Of a stretch of 64,000 nucleotides of DNA, positions 46,613 through 55,951 are shown in pieces; position 1 is the stretch's first letter; each line of letters starts with the position of its first letter. The translations under genes were made by a program, and so were the position numbers. Origin of the DNA: a virus; the IMG/VR virus record IMGVR_UViG_3300029210_000253; one strand, given 5' to 3'. The notes under the pieces were generated by a model. That model was not told where the DNA came from and did no database searches. It was given only the letters and a program-made list of their open reading frames with translations.

Positions 46613-47038
46613 ATGCCAATGCCAATTAAATTTCCAGATAAGACATCAATTTATTTCTTCAATAATGAAACAAACGAAAAACTTGGACAAGTTGATGATG
46701 TTAAAAGCATAGATTTTACAATTAATCAGAAGGATACAGTAGATCGCTATGGTAATCTCATTGATCGAGAAGAAAATCATACATGCACATTTGATATGGT
46801 AGAACCTATGGATACCGACAAGTTATATAAAGTATTAGGAATAGACGAGGCAAGTATGCCAGACAAGTATGATATCCAGGTACTTAAAGTTGTTCAGTGT
46901 AGAAGACACAAAAAGAAGAGAATAAACAAGAAGTGGAAAAAGAAGTATGGATATAAGCAGACGCATGTTGCTATGAAAGGTTGGAAAATGCACAGCAACT
47001 GTAATGGAGAAGTTGAGTTTATAAAAGATGGAGAATAA
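46613..47038 (+). CDS. hypothetical protein
   Basis: AAAGGAGAACG RBS; ends GE*. Confidence 0.5.
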   Translation: MPMPIKFPDKTSIYFFNNETNEKLGQVDDVKSIDFTINQKDTVDRYGNLIDREENHTCTFDMVEPMDTDKLYKVLGIDEASMPDKYDIQVLKVVQCRRHKKKRINKKWKKKYGYKQTHVAMKGWKMHSNCNGEVEFIKDGE

Positions 47039-47055
47039 GTGGAGGATGATTAATT

Positions 47056-47859
47056 ATGCCAGTACATGACGATTTAGGTATTAGAATGAAAACATTTTAT
47101 GAGCAGGTTCCAAAGACGAGATTGATACGGCGCTGCCCAGTCGCTATTAGAATTGATGGAAAGGCGTTTCACACGTTTACAAGAAAATTTCAGAAGCCAT
47201 TTGATGAGATTTTAATTAAATCAATGCAAGATACTATGAAATATCTTTGTGAGAATATTCAGGGATGCGTTTTAGGATACACTCAGTCAGATGAGATTAC
47301 ATTAATTCTTGTAGATTATAAAAAACTAACATCCGATGCTTGGTTTGATTACGAAGTGCAGAAAATGTGTAGCATCGCAGCTTCAATGGCAACAATGGCG
47401 TTCAATAAATTTTTTGGAAATAATGTTGGAGATTATTGCACATATAATTCTGAAAGAGAAGATGATACACATGAACAATACGAACATACATTATATTCAG
47501 CAGCCAATAAAGGAGCTATGTTTGATGCTCGTTGCTTCAACATTCCAAAAGAAGAAGTCACTAATCTCGTATACTGGAGGCAACTTGACGCGACTCGCAA
47601 TTCTATTCAGATGGTAGGACAGGCCAATTTCTCACATAAGGAACTTCAGAATAAATCATGCAATCAAATTCAGGATATGTTGATGACTCAGAAAGGTATT
47701 AATTGGAATGATTTCCCAGTTTATCAGAAAAGAGGTAGCTGCTGTATTAAAGAAGTAGACGAGTCTGGTAGAGGAAAATGGATTATTGATAAAAATATTC
47801 CTATTTTTAAAGGTGAGGATAGAGAATATATTGATAAGCTAGTTTTTGTAGACGAGTAA
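47056..47859 (+). CDS. Thg1-like protein (tRNA 3'-5' nucleotidyltransferase family)
   Basis: N-terminal IRIDGKAFHTFTRKFQKPFDE and YTQSDEITLIL match Thg1/TLP signatures. Confidence 0.65.
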   Translation: MPVHDDLGIRMKTFYEQVPKTRLIRRCPVAIRIDGKAFHTFTRKFQKPFDEILIKSMQDTMKYLCENIQGCVLGYTQSDEITLILVDYKKLTSDAWFDYEVQKMCSIAASMATMAFNKFFGNNVGDYCTYNSEREDDTHEQYEHTLYSAANKGAMFDARCFNIPKEEVTNLVYWRQLDATRNSIQMVGQANFSHKELQNKSCNQIQDMLMTQKGINWNDFPVYQKRGSCCIKEVDESGRGKWIIDKNIPIFKGEDREYIDKLVFVDE

Positions 47860-47888
47860 ACTGTGCTTTCATTGGGAAGGAAATATTA

Positions 47889-48341
47889 ATGAACGATAGT
47901 TTAAAAATACCATGCACTAAAAGTTTTATAGAAAAATATATAGTTCCTATAAAACATAATATTGATCTTGACAGTATAGAAATCTGTAAAATAAATAATG
48001 ATGGAACGCTTGCTGAAGAAGTATATGATTTTAAATTAATACGTGACGCACTTCCTAATATAATCATTCCTACTAAGCAGATTAAAAATCAAAAATATTT
48101 CATCAAATATTTATATTCGCCCAAAGAAGACTTCGTTTCAAAAAAACCAATGAATAAAGTGTTGCGTAATTTCCCAGTGTCAGCAGATTTACAAAAACAT
48201 AAAGAAATCGCATTAAATCTTCTCAAGAACAATAATCAATATGAAACTGCAAAAATTATAGAAGAGTTATTTGAATATGAAATATTGCGCCGTCAACTTT
48301 TTGGAGTTTGGAAAGTGGAATCTGAAATGGAAGGAGAATAA
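47889..48341 (+). CDS. hypothetical protein
   Basis: GGGAAGGAAA RBS; ends GE*. Confidence 0.5.
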   Translation: MNDSLKIPCTKSFIEKYIVPIKHNIDLDSIEICKINNDGTLAEEVYDFKLIRDALPNIIIPTKQIKNQKYFIKYLYSPKEDFVSKKPMNKVLRNFPVSADLQKHKEIALNLLKNNNQYETAKIIEELFEYEILRRQLFGVWKVESEMEGE

Positions 48342-48345
48342 TATT

Positions 48346-48528
48346 ATGGCAGAAAATATGTTAGATATATCTTCTGATTAGGATTTAGAAGAATATAAGA
48401 AAAATGCCTGCGAAATTCTTTATAAAAATACACAGTATGCAACGAGAAAAATAGTAGAGGAATTGTTTAACAAAGAATTGGAAATGAGAAAGCTTATTAG
48501 GATTTTAAACACTATTCCAAACTCATAA
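48346..48528 (+). pseudogene. partial duplicate of the C-terminus of the upstream gene, with an in-frame TAG at 48379-48381
   Basis: MAENMLDISSD*DLEEYKKNACEILYKNTQYATRKIVEELFNKELEMRKL... parallels ...ALNLLKNNNQYETAKIIEELFEYEILRRQL... of 47889-48341; strong RBS. Confidence 0.4.
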
Positions 48529-48545
48529 AACAGGAGAATAACTAT

Positions 48546-48788
48546 ATGAAAATCAAAAATATTAAAGATGTAGAAGCCTTTCTGTCAACAGTAGATAAGT
48601 GTAGTGGAGATGTGATCTTGACATCGGTATATGGAGACAAACTTAATCTCAAGTCTAAGCTGACGCAATACATTGCGATTGCAAAGCTGCTAGGAGAACA
48701 TGGTGAAGAGTTGGAGCTGTGGTGTTCTGATAAGAACGATGAGAGTAAATTCTTTGAGATGTTTAGTGAACATCCTGAAATGGTATAG
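48546..48788 (+). CDS. hypothetical protein
   Basis: AGGAGAATAAC RBS. Confidence 0.5.
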   Translation: MKIKNIKDVEAFLSTVDKCSGDVILTSVYGDKLNLKSKLTQYIAIAKLLGEHGEELELWCSDKNDESKFFEMFSEHPEMV

Positions 48789-48800
48789 GAGAATGCTTAT

Positions 48801-49373
48801 ATGGTGTACGGAGTTTTTAGTGGCTGTTATAGCGATTGGAGTGTACATGGCTACTTCAATAGTAAGGAAGATGCAGATAAATATTGTTGTGTATGTAATA
48901 AGAATGGTGAATACGATAATTACTATGTTAAACCATTAGAAAACCTTGAAAATGAGATTGATTTATCTTCAATTTCTCTCAAATATGAATATTGTATTGT
49001 TTTTACAAAAAGAAATTCAATGAAAAATGGTATAAAAAGTGTTCCACAATATTCTTCTTGTGAATTGGATTATCAATGTTATACAGGAGATGAATTTCGT
49101 TACAACAAAATAGAATATTACGATCCAAACACAACAAGAATTTGTGTTAATATCGATTCTGATGATTATAATTTAGCTCAAAAAATTGCTCAGGATTATT
49201 TTGCTCAATTACGTTCATACGGAGATGGAAAAGTTTTAAAAAAGAATGTTGATTTAATGAACGATGCTTTTAAGGCCCCTTATCTTGAAAAGAAACGCTT
49301 AGAAGAAGAGGCTAAATTAAAAGAAAAAGAATTGGAAGAACTTGCAAGATTAAAAGAGAAGTATGAGAAATAG
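48801..49373 (+). CDS. hypothetical protein
   Basis: TAGGAGAATG RBS. Confidence 0.5.
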   Translation: MVYGVFSGCYSDWSVHGYFNSKEDADKYCCVCNKNGEYDNYYVKPLENLENEIDLSSISLKYEYCIVFTKRNSMKNGIKSVPQYSSCELDYQCYTGDEFRYNKIEYYDPNTTRICVNIDSDDYNLAQKIAQDYFAQLRSYGDGKVLKKNVDLMNDAFKAPYLEKKRLEEEAKLKEKELEELARLKEKYEK

Positions 49374-49384
49374 GGAGAATAATT

Positions 49385-49900
49385 ATGGAGCGTAAATTTG
49401 ATTTTGTGATTCATGATGATGCTTTTAGCAGAGATATACTTCGTTTCTATCCTAGAAGATCACATGTACATGGATATACTGATGAACCACCAACAAATTG
49501 GAAAGCTGTATATAAAGTATATTATTCTTGGGCGGTGATTCGACATTACTACTATAATGGTGAAATTGAACCAGAAAGTGGTGAGAAGCTTTTTGATATG
49601 CCAATGGACGAATGTAGTGAACTTCCTGAGTTATCCGAGATAATCAAGCATGTAGTTTTAACAGGTGAACCGTTTGATAGTTTTACAGTTGGACAACCTG
49701 CAGGCGAGTGGTGTATTAAAAAAGAAAAATGTCATAATATCTTTAATGATAGTGAAAACATTTTTTATGAATTTCAGGTATTTAATAATCTAACTAATCA
49801 AGGATATAGGTTTTGTTTTAATGAAATTGAAGCATTAGAGTTCTGTGATTGGCTAGATGCGGTAAATCAATACATGCTAGAACATAGTGAGGGCATCTGA
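49385..49900 (+). CDS. hypothetical protein
   Basis: GGGAGAATAATT RBS. Confidence 0.5.
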   Translation: MERKFDFVIHDDAFSRDILRFYPRRSHVHGYTDEPPTNWKAVYKVYYSWAVIRHYYYNGEIEPESGEKLFDMPMDECSELPELSEIIKHVVLTGEPFDSFTVGQPAGEWCIKKEKCHNIFNDSENIFYEFQVFNNLTNQGYRFCFNEIEALEFCDWLDAVNQYMLEHSEGI

Positions 49901-50153
49901 TATGATGTGGTATGCAGAAATCAAAAGGAATAACTGGCATTTAATCCGTGGATGGGATGCTATTGTATGGTACAGGCAATATCTTCGGAATAAATGGTGG
50001 GAATTTCTTACCGATGAAGAGAAGAAAAAGTATGAAGCTGAAATAGAACGGGAGTTCCAAAAAATTTACAGATTAAAGAATGCTTGTCTGTCATATATAA
50101 ACAGAGTATGTAATGAGCGATTGGATTTAATTAAGGAAATTAATGGTATTTAA
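49887..50153 (+). CDS. hypothetical protein
   Basis: ORF overlapping the upstream gene end. Confidence 0.45.
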   Translation: MRASDMMWYAEIKRNNWHLIRGWDAIVWYRQYLRNKWWEFLTDEEKKKYEAEIEREFQKIYRLKNACLSYINRVCNERLDLIKEINGI

Positions 50154-50163
50154 AGGAGTATAA

Positions 50164-50724
50164 ATGAGTACAAAAGACAATACATACACAAACATTGAAA
50201 AGCGATTATATTTTTTATCAGACGATGTAGATAATTCTTCTATTGGACAACTTACGTGGAGTATTTTATATCAAATTGCAGAAGATAATGAAAAAGATAA
50301 GAAAGAAAAGGATTATAAGAGAGAACCGATTAAACTCTATATCAATTCATATGGCGGTGCTGTTTATGATATGTGGGGTTTAATTGATGTAATCCAGAAT
50401 AGTAAGACTCCTGTTTATACATATTGCACTGGATACGCAATGAGTGCAGCTTTTAAGATTTTTCTTGCTGGGCATAAAAGATATTGTTATAAACATTCTA
50501 CATTTATGTATCATCAAATGCATTATTATAGTAGTGGAAAATATCAAGATCATGTTGAAGACAGAACCGAAAAAGATTTAATGAACAAAGAAATTGAAGA
50601 ATATGTAATCGAAAGAACCAAACTTACCAAAGAGGATATCGATGATATTCGTGAAAAGAAAAAAGATTTTTATATTCATTCATGCGATGCGTTCAAATAT
50701 GGAATTGTAGATGAAATTTTGTAG
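50164..50724 (+). CDS. ClpP-family serine peptidase
   Basis: LYINSYGGAVYDMWGLIDVIQ...GYAMSAAFKIF...MYHQM matches ClpP (INSPGG, GxAAS active-site Ser, IHQP His). Confidence 0.75.
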   Translation: MSTKDNTYTNIEKRLYFLSDDVDNSSIGQLTWSILYQIAEDNEKDKKEKDYKREPIKLYINSYGGAVYDMWGLIDVIQNSKTPVYTYCTGYAMSAAFKIFLAGHKRYCYKHSTFMYHQMHYYSSGKYQDHVEDRTEKDLMNKEIEEYVIERTKLTKEDIDDIREKKKDFYIHSCDAFKYGIVDEIL

Positions 50725-50736
50725 GGAGGTACGTTT

Positions 50737-51399
50737 ATGCCAACACTTTATACAGCATTTATAGAAGATAGGACAATTACAAATGGAGCGGATTTTTTGA
50801 AACTTTGTACAAGAAATTTTGGAATTGCATCTGATATAAGAGATGAACCACTTCCAATTTTACCACCAATTCATTTTGAACCAGATCCGTATTATGAACA
50901 GACATATAAAAGAGCAGTGGAAAGAAATAATAAAGTTCAACATATGACTTTTGAGGAAGCAAAACAGGAGATAATCGAAAAGTGTAAATCTGAAGCCGAA
51001 TCTTCCAGAATATATTATGAAGATTGTATTGAAAATAATCATAAGTATTTAAAAATTAAAAAAGAAGTTTTGAATTGGATACCGCCCACTAAAGAACATG
51101 AAAATATTAAAAAATTTGCTTTAGAGCAGATCGATACTTGCATCACGTCAGAAAAAGATCTTCGTAGATATAATCTTGATGCAGATCTAAAAGATGCGGG
51201 ATTGTACTGTACCGATAAAGAAGTACAAGAGTATTTAGATGATAAAAAGCAATACGAAAAAGATAATGTAAAAAGTGCGTATCAACGTTGGCAGGAAGCT
51301 ATCAAAGATGCTGAAATGAAGAATCTTTGGATGAGGCAATTTCTGGATAGTTTAGGAACGATTTCTAATGAAATGTCCGTTTCAGAAGAAGGCGAATAA
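50737..51399 (+). CDS. hypothetical protein
   Basis: GGGAGGTACG RBS; ends GE*. Confidence 0.5.
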   Translation: MPTLYTAFIEDRTITNGADFLKLCTRNFGIASDIRDEPLPILPPIHFEPDPYYEQTYKRAVERNNKVQHMTFEEAKQEIIEKCKSEAESSRIYYEDCIENNHKYLKIKKEVLNWIPPTKEHENIKKFALEQIDTCITSEKDLRRYNLDADLKDAGLYCTDKEVQEYLDDKKQYEKDNVKSAYQRWQEAIKDAEMKNLWMRQFLDSLGTISNEMSVSEEGE

Positions 51400-51654
51400 A
51401 TGAGTCTAATTGTATTATTTGTTATAGTACATATCATAGGAGCTATTATTACTATTATTATTCATTGTAAAAACGGCACAATGGAAGCTGCAATAAAATA
51501 TGGTGATGGAATTAGATTAGCAAGACCATCAGATGTTATCTTTATAGATTGTGCGTCATGGGAAGTTTTATGGTTGATGAAGGCAGTAGATAATGTAGAT
51601 TATTATATAAACAGAAAATTTGAAGAGTATTTTATGGATAATTGTGAGAGGTGA
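51400..51654 (+). CDS. hypothetical protein with an N-terminal TM helix
   Basis: ATG directly after the upstream TAA. Confidence 0.45.
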   Translation: MSLIVLFVIVHIIGAIITIIIHCKNGTMEAAIKYGDGIRLARPSDVIFIDCASWEVLWLMKAVDNVDYYINRKFEEYFMDNCER

Positions 51655-51657
51655 GAT

Positions 51658-52017
51658 ATGTATTTTTTCGAAGATTGTTTAGTTTGGTTGAGATCTGCTA
51701 TGGAACATAGAATGGGCGCATATAATGTATCATTTTTGGAAGAAACTAATATGCATGATATGGCTATTACAATGTCCGCTGTACCTGCATATGCGTTACC
51801 AAAAAAGTTCACAGTAGGAGATATTGTTACATTAGGTGATATGTGTGGAAGATATACTTATCAAAGAACAGTCGCCATAAGAATATTTAAGAAAAATCTT
51901 GATGAAAAATATAAGATTATTGATGTAGAATATGCAAATTTCCCACGATGGCAATTTTGGAATAAGAACAAATATCCATTTGCATATTTGGTAGAAAGGG
52001 TAAATGATGTTTTATAA
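51658..52017 (+). CDS. hypothetical protein
   Basis: GAGAGGTGAGAT RBS. Confidence 0.5.
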   Translation: MYFFEDCLVWLRSAMEHRMGAYNVSFLEETNMHDMAITMSAVPAYALPKKFTVGDIVTLGDMCGRYTYQRTVAIRIFKKNLDEKYKIIDVEYANFPRWQFWNKNKYPFAYLVERVNDVL

Positions 52018-52264
52018 TAAAACCTTATTAGATGCTAAGTCTAAAATTGAGAAACAATTTCGCCAGGATAAAGAAAAATATGAAATCGACAAGCAGAAAT
52101 TCTATGCTAATCCTATACATTGGGATAATAATAAAAGAAAAAGAGCTGGATTACATACGTTAAGAAGAACCTGTAATAATGACAGAAATAAAAGTTTCGA
52201 TGTTTTAGAACAAGTCAAGATCTTTTTAAAATATTTGATGATGTTATTGACAAATATTTGTTAG
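52004..52264 (+). CDS. small basic protein with an HWDNNKR motif; paralog of 22791-23186
   Basis: Shared FY.N.IHWDNNKR..GL..LR segment. Confidence 0.5.
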   Translation: MMFYNKTLLDAKSKIEKQFRQDKEKYEIDKQKFYANPIHWDNNKRKRAGLHTLRRTCNNDRNKSFDVLEQVKIFLKYLMMLLTNIC

Positions 52265-52345
52265 ATAAATTTAACGAGAATTGGTTTGATAATTTTGTAG
52301 AAGTAAGGAATTTAAACCATAATGATATGGAAGGAGAATATTTAT

Positions 52346-52633
52346 ATGAAGCCAGTAGTATATTTTGATTTTGAAGATATCGGAAATGGAAAAGTTTCCG
52401 TTGACAAGAAACGATTAAAAGAGATTCTGGATGAAGTTTACCATGCCGGATATGATGATGGTAAGAATTCTAATGGTGTTCATTGGACTTTACCTGTTCC
52501 AAGTAATCCTATAACGCCAAATATGCCTTGGGAAATTACGGCAAAATCACCAATTAATTTAGAAAAACCGACATATAAGACGAATATTACTTGCGAACAT
52601 ACGAAGGCTGCACAGTTACAGGAGAATATATGA
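52346..52633 (+). CDS. hypothetical protein; start ATG 52346
   Basis: GGAAGGAGAATATTTAT precedes ATG 52346. Confidence 0.5.
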   Translation: MKPVVYFDFEDIGNGKVSVDKKRLKEILDEVYHAGYDDGKNSNGVHWTLPVPSNPITPNMPWEITAKSPINLEKPTYKTNITCEHTKAAQLQENI

Positions 52634-53154
52634 AAGTAGCATTAACAGGTCATAGACCACAAAGATTAGGACTGCCAGAAGATGAATCAGATATCGCCTG
52701 GAAGAAAATTGAAGAATGGATTATAGAACAGCTTTTTAAAATGAATGAAGTTTCTTATTTAAATGGAAAAAATTTGGAAGTTTATTGTGGTATGGCTTCT
52801 GGAAGCGATTTTGTATTTGGAACTGTAGCCGCATTAGCAAAAGTAAATAGAATTATTCCATTAGTGTTACATTGTGTTCTGCCATGTAAAAATTATAATT
52901 CATCGCATCCATTTTATAAAGACATGAAGAAGTATGCAGATGAATGGGTAGAATTATCAGATGAATTCTATAAAGGCTGTGATAATGTAAGAGATCAATA
53001 CATGGTTGATCATTGTGATGTATTATTAGCAATTTGGGACGGAAACAAATCTGGCGGTGTTTGGTCTACGATTCGCAAAGCTCAAAAGGCTGGTAAGGAA
53101 ATTGTTTTTTGCCCTAAAGAGGTGTTAGAACATGACGGAAATTATAGCAGTTAA
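52630..53154 (+). CDS. DUF1273 / YpsA-like SLOG-domain protein
   Basis: MKVALTGHRPQRLGL matches B. subtilis YpsA MKVAVTGYKPHELGI. Start ATG 52630 behind GGAGAATAT. Confidence 0.7.
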   Translation: MKVALTGHRPQRLGLPEDESDIAWKKIEEWIIEQLFKMNEVSYLNGKNLEVYCGMASGSDFVFGTVAALAKVNRIIPLVLHCVLPCKNYNSSHPFYKDMKKYADEWVELSDEFYKGCDNVRDQYMVDHCDVLLAIWDGNKSGGVWSTIRKAQKAGKEIVFCPKEVLEHDGNYSS

Positions 53155-53410
53155 AGATGTTGAAAACCACAATATTTATATTATTCCTACAGCAAATGAT
53201 AAGCCTGTAAAATTTGTTTTAGAAAAAGATGCAAAAGAATTTGTAGATGACGGAATAGTATATACGAAAGATGCTATTCACAAAGTAATCGAAAAAGTAA
53301 AAGCAGTTAATGGAGATTTAGATCTAGCTGCTGAAAACCTTATTAAAGATCAAATTAAATTAGATATTATATCTATTCCTGAGCGTTTCTGCTCAAAAAA
53401 TCCAGAATAA
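53132..53410 (+). CDS. hypothetical protein
   Basis: GAGGTG RBS. Confidence 0.45.
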   Translation: MTEIIAVKDVENHNIYIIPTANDKPVKFVLEKDAKEFVDDGIVYTKDAIHKVIEKVKAVNGDLDLAAENLIKDQIKLDIISIPERFCSKNPE

Positions 53411-53415
53411 ATAAA

Positions 53416-53475
53416 AGAATAACAAATCAGAAAGGAAGTAAAGCGCAGCTGCTGTAAACCATATGGACTTTCTGG
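53416..53475 (+). promoter_or_regulatory. conserved 22-nt motif AGAATAACAAATCAGAAAGGAA plus hairpin (CAGAAAG...CTTTCTG) before the Dam-like MTase gene
   Basis: Same 22-mer repeated at 55032-55053. The 3' arm CTTTCTGG lies about 10 nt upstream of the ATG in both copies. Confidence 0.4.
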
Positions 53476-53482
53476 TAAATAA

Positions 53483-54214
53483 ATGGTATATCAAGGGAGT
53501 AAAAATAGATTAGCTAAATTTTTAGTGCCAATTATTCAAAGATATATTGATGATAATAATATAAAAACTTATATAGAACCTATGTGCGGAAGTTGTTCAA
53601 TCATTGAAAAAATTAAATGTGAAAATAGAATTGCTTCTGATGTAAATGATGAATTAATAGCTTTATTACAGTATGTAAAGTCAGATTCTATTTTATCAAT
53701 TGCCCCAATAGATTGCGATTTTGAGCATTATGCAGAAGTCAGAGAGAATAGAAGGTTAGGAACTAATAAATATTCTAAAGAATATACAGCTTTGATTGGA
53801 TACTGTGGATCATATGGTGGTAGATATTACGATGGAGGTTGGGGGAAAGACAAGACAGGTAAACGTAATATTTATCAAGAAAGAGTTAAAAATTTAAAAG
53901 AAGATTCTCCATTACTTCAGAATATTGAAATAATGTGTTGTGATTATTCGAATTTTGCAAATTACAAGAATTGTCTTTTTTATTTTGATCCACCTTATTT
54001 TGGAACAAAACAGTATTCTAAACAGTCAATAGACTATGATTCTTTTTACGATTTTCTTCGTAAACTTTCAGAGAATAATATAGTATTAGTAAGCGAATAT
54101 AATATGCCAGATGATTTTACTTGTATTTGGCAAAAAGAACGTAAGGTACTACAAAAATCAGATAGGATTAGTGGTGATACAGCTACAGAAAAATTATTTA
54201 AAATAAAAGAATAA
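53483..54214 (+). CDS. DNA adenine methyltransferase, Dam/D12 class (DPPY)
   Basis: N-terminal QGSKNRLAKFL (Dam GGK-like) and catalytic FYFDPPYF. Confidence 0.75.
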   Translation: MVYQGSKNRLAKFLVPIIQRYIDDNNIKTYIEPMCGSCSIIEKIKCENRIASDVNDELIALLQYVKSDSILSIAPIDCDFEHYAEVRENRRLGTNKYSKEYTALIGYCGSYGGRYYDGGWGKDKTGKRNIYQERVKNLKEDSPLLQNIEIMCCDYSNFANYKNCLFYFDPPYFGTKQYSKQSIDYDSFYDFLRKLSENNIVLVSEYNMPDDFTCIWQKERKVLQKSDRISGDTATEKLFKIKE

Positions 54215-54275
54215 TAATACGAAAGGAGCAGGAGATTTGCTGCAGCGTAAAATCATGATTTGCTCTAAGTATTAG

Positions 54276-55016
54276 ATGTTAGAAATCAACAAAATTTACA
54301 ATGAAGATTGTCTTGAAGGTATGAAGAAAATTGATGATAAATCAATAGATGCGATCATCACAGATCTTCCTTTTGGAATTACTAGCCGCAATAAATGGGA
54401 TTCTGTTATTCCGTTTGAACCATTATGGGAACAATATGAAAGAATTATTAAGGATAATGGTGCAATTATCCTATTTGGGAGTGGTATGTTCACGGCTGAT
54501 TTAATGGAGAGCAATCGCAAGCTTTGGAAATATAATCTTATCTGGCAGAAAACACAGCCAACTGGATTTCTAAATGCCAAAAAGATGCCGTTGCGTTCTC
54601 ATGAAGATATTTGTGTTTTTTATAAGAAACCACCTACATATAATCCTCAAATGACAGACGGACATGAAAGAAAAGTGTCAAAAGCAGCACATCATGTAAA
54701 TGCAAAAGAATCAACGGATTATGGTAAGAGTGAATGGCAAGATTATGACTCTACAAAGAGATACCCTAAGTCAGTATGGACATTTGCCAAGGATACGCAG
54801 AAAGCAGCCTTCCACAATACACAAAAACCCGTTGCGCTGATCGAAGAACTTATTAAAACATATTCTAATCCTGGCGATTTGATTTTGGATTCTTGTGCCG
54901 GTAGTTGTACAACAGCAATTGCAGCTATGAACACAGGAAGAAATTATATTTGTTTCGAAAAGGATAAAGACATTTTTGAAATAGGAAGTAAAAGAGTAAC
55001 AGAATATAGCAATTAA
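54276..55016 (+). CDS. beta-class DNA methyltransferase (N6-adenine/N4-cytosine; N6_N4_Mtase family)
   Basis: N-terminal IYNEDCLEGMKKIDDKSIDAIITDLPFG and C-terminal ILDSCAGSCTTAIAA SAM motif. Confidence 0.85.
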   Translation: MLEINKIYNEDCLEGMKKIDDKSIDAIITDLPFGITSRNKWDSVIPFEPLWEQYERIIKDNGAIILFGSGMFTADLMESNRKLWKYNLIWQKTQPTGFLNAKKMPLRSHEDICVFYKKPPTYNPQMTDGHERKVSKAAHHVNAKESTDYGKSEWQDYDSTKRYPKSVWTFAKDTQKAAFHNTQKPVALIEELIKTYSNPGDLILDSCAGSCTTAIAAMNTGRNYICFEKDKDIFEIGSKRVTEYSN

Positions 55017-55031
55017 CATCTAATAAATAAG

Positions 55032-55092
55032 AGAATAACAAATCAGAAAGGAAAAAGTTAGGGTAGCTACTAAGGACATGTCACCTTTCTGG
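55032..55092 (+). promoter_or_regulatory. second copy of the 22-nt motif plus an 8-bp long-range hairpin (CAGAAAGG...CCTTTCTG) before the gamma-class MTase gene
   Basis: Exact 22-mer shared with 53416-53437; a diverged third copy AGAATAATAATACGAAAGGAG lies at 54208-54230 before the middle MTase. Confidence 0.4.
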
Positions 55093-55099
55093 TGAAGAA

Positions 55100-55708
55100 A
55101 TGAACAACAAGAAAGTATTAGCGGGTGCAAAGCTTGCTGGCGGCAATCCAGAAAATGGAAGGGTTGAAGATGATTACTATGCAACTAATCCAGAAGCAGT
55201 AAAAATGTTGCTGACTAAATATACATTTGATGCACATACAATTTTGGAGCCTTGTGTTGGTGGTGGGCATATCGCTAATGCAATCAATGATTTTTATACA
55301 ACCAAGAGAGAAATTACAGGGATGGACTTAGTAGATCGAGGATACCCTGGAACAATTGTTGCTGATTTCCTTACATATAAAACTGATAAAAAATATGAAG
55401 GAATTATCACAAATCCACCGTACTCGCTCGCAAAGGAATTTGTAGAAAAGGGTATGGAGTTACTGGAAGATGATGGTCAAATGGCTATGTTTCTCAAAAT
55501 CCAGTTCTTGGAAGGTGCTAAGAGGAAGGAGTTATTTGACAAATATCCGCCGAAGTACATTTATGTTTTCAGAAACAGAATGGCGACTTGGAATAGTGGA
55601 TTAGAGAAAGACCCAAAGACAGGAAAACGTTGGGCGACAACTATGTGTCATGCTTGGTTTGTTTGGGAGAAAGGAAGTACATCTGAACCGGTAGTAAGAT
55701 GGTTATAG
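55100..55708 (+). CDS. gamma-class N6-adenine DNA methyltransferase (NPPY)
   Basis: SAM motif EPCVGGGHI and catalytic IITNPPY. Confidence 0.8.
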   Translation: MNNKKVLAGAKLAGGNPENGRVEDDYYATNPEAVKMLLTKYTFDAHTILEPCVGGGHIANAINDFYTTKREITGMDLVDRGYPGTIVADFLTYKTDKKYEGIITNPPYSLAKEFVEKGMELLEDDGQMAMFLKIQFLEGAKRKELFDKYPPKYIYVFRNRMATWNSGLEKDPKTGKRWATTMCHAWFVWEKGSTSEPVVRWL

Positions 55709-55804
55709 TATGTAATGCTACTATATATAGTGACTGCCATTAGGATAATATACAATATATAGATGCAAAATTATGATGAAAGTGAATTTTGAGGAGAAAA
55801 CAAT

Positions 55805-55951
55805 ATGAAAAAATGTGTAGTTTTAGAAATTGAAAGTAGAGTAGAATTTGAAAATAAAATGAACGAGTATTTATCAGAAGGGTACAAAGTAGAAGCAAGT
55901 TCTTGCAATAGCAAATATTATAAAGCAATTTTGGTACTAGAAGAAGAATAA
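55805..55951 (+). CDS. small protein (48 aa)
   Basis: GAGGAGAAAACAAT RBS. Confidence 0.35.
   Translation: MKKCVVLEIESRVEFENKMNEYLSEGYKVEASSCNSKYYKAILVLEEE

Noticed and set aside
32378-48381. Stop-codon reassignment (alternative genetic code) as the explanation for the in-frame stops
   Set aside because: TAA, TGA and TAG each appear as the internal stop somewhere, and all three also terminate many normal genes. Long genes (1107, 870, 764 aa) are uninterrupted. Pseudogenisation or sequence error fits better.
1990-48939. Same-strand alternative-frame ORFs nested in larger genes (1990-2196, 4743-4943, 5419-5634, 7760-7966, 9746-9952, 27577-27783, 28415-28645, 34090-34287, 47336-47617, 48700-48939, 31092-31283)
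   Set aside because: They are embedded in genes with clear homology or better starts; they have no RBS and atypical composition.
50164-50724. ClpP homolog as evidence of a capsid maturation module
   Set aside because: No portal, scaffold, capsid or terminase genes flank it within the window.
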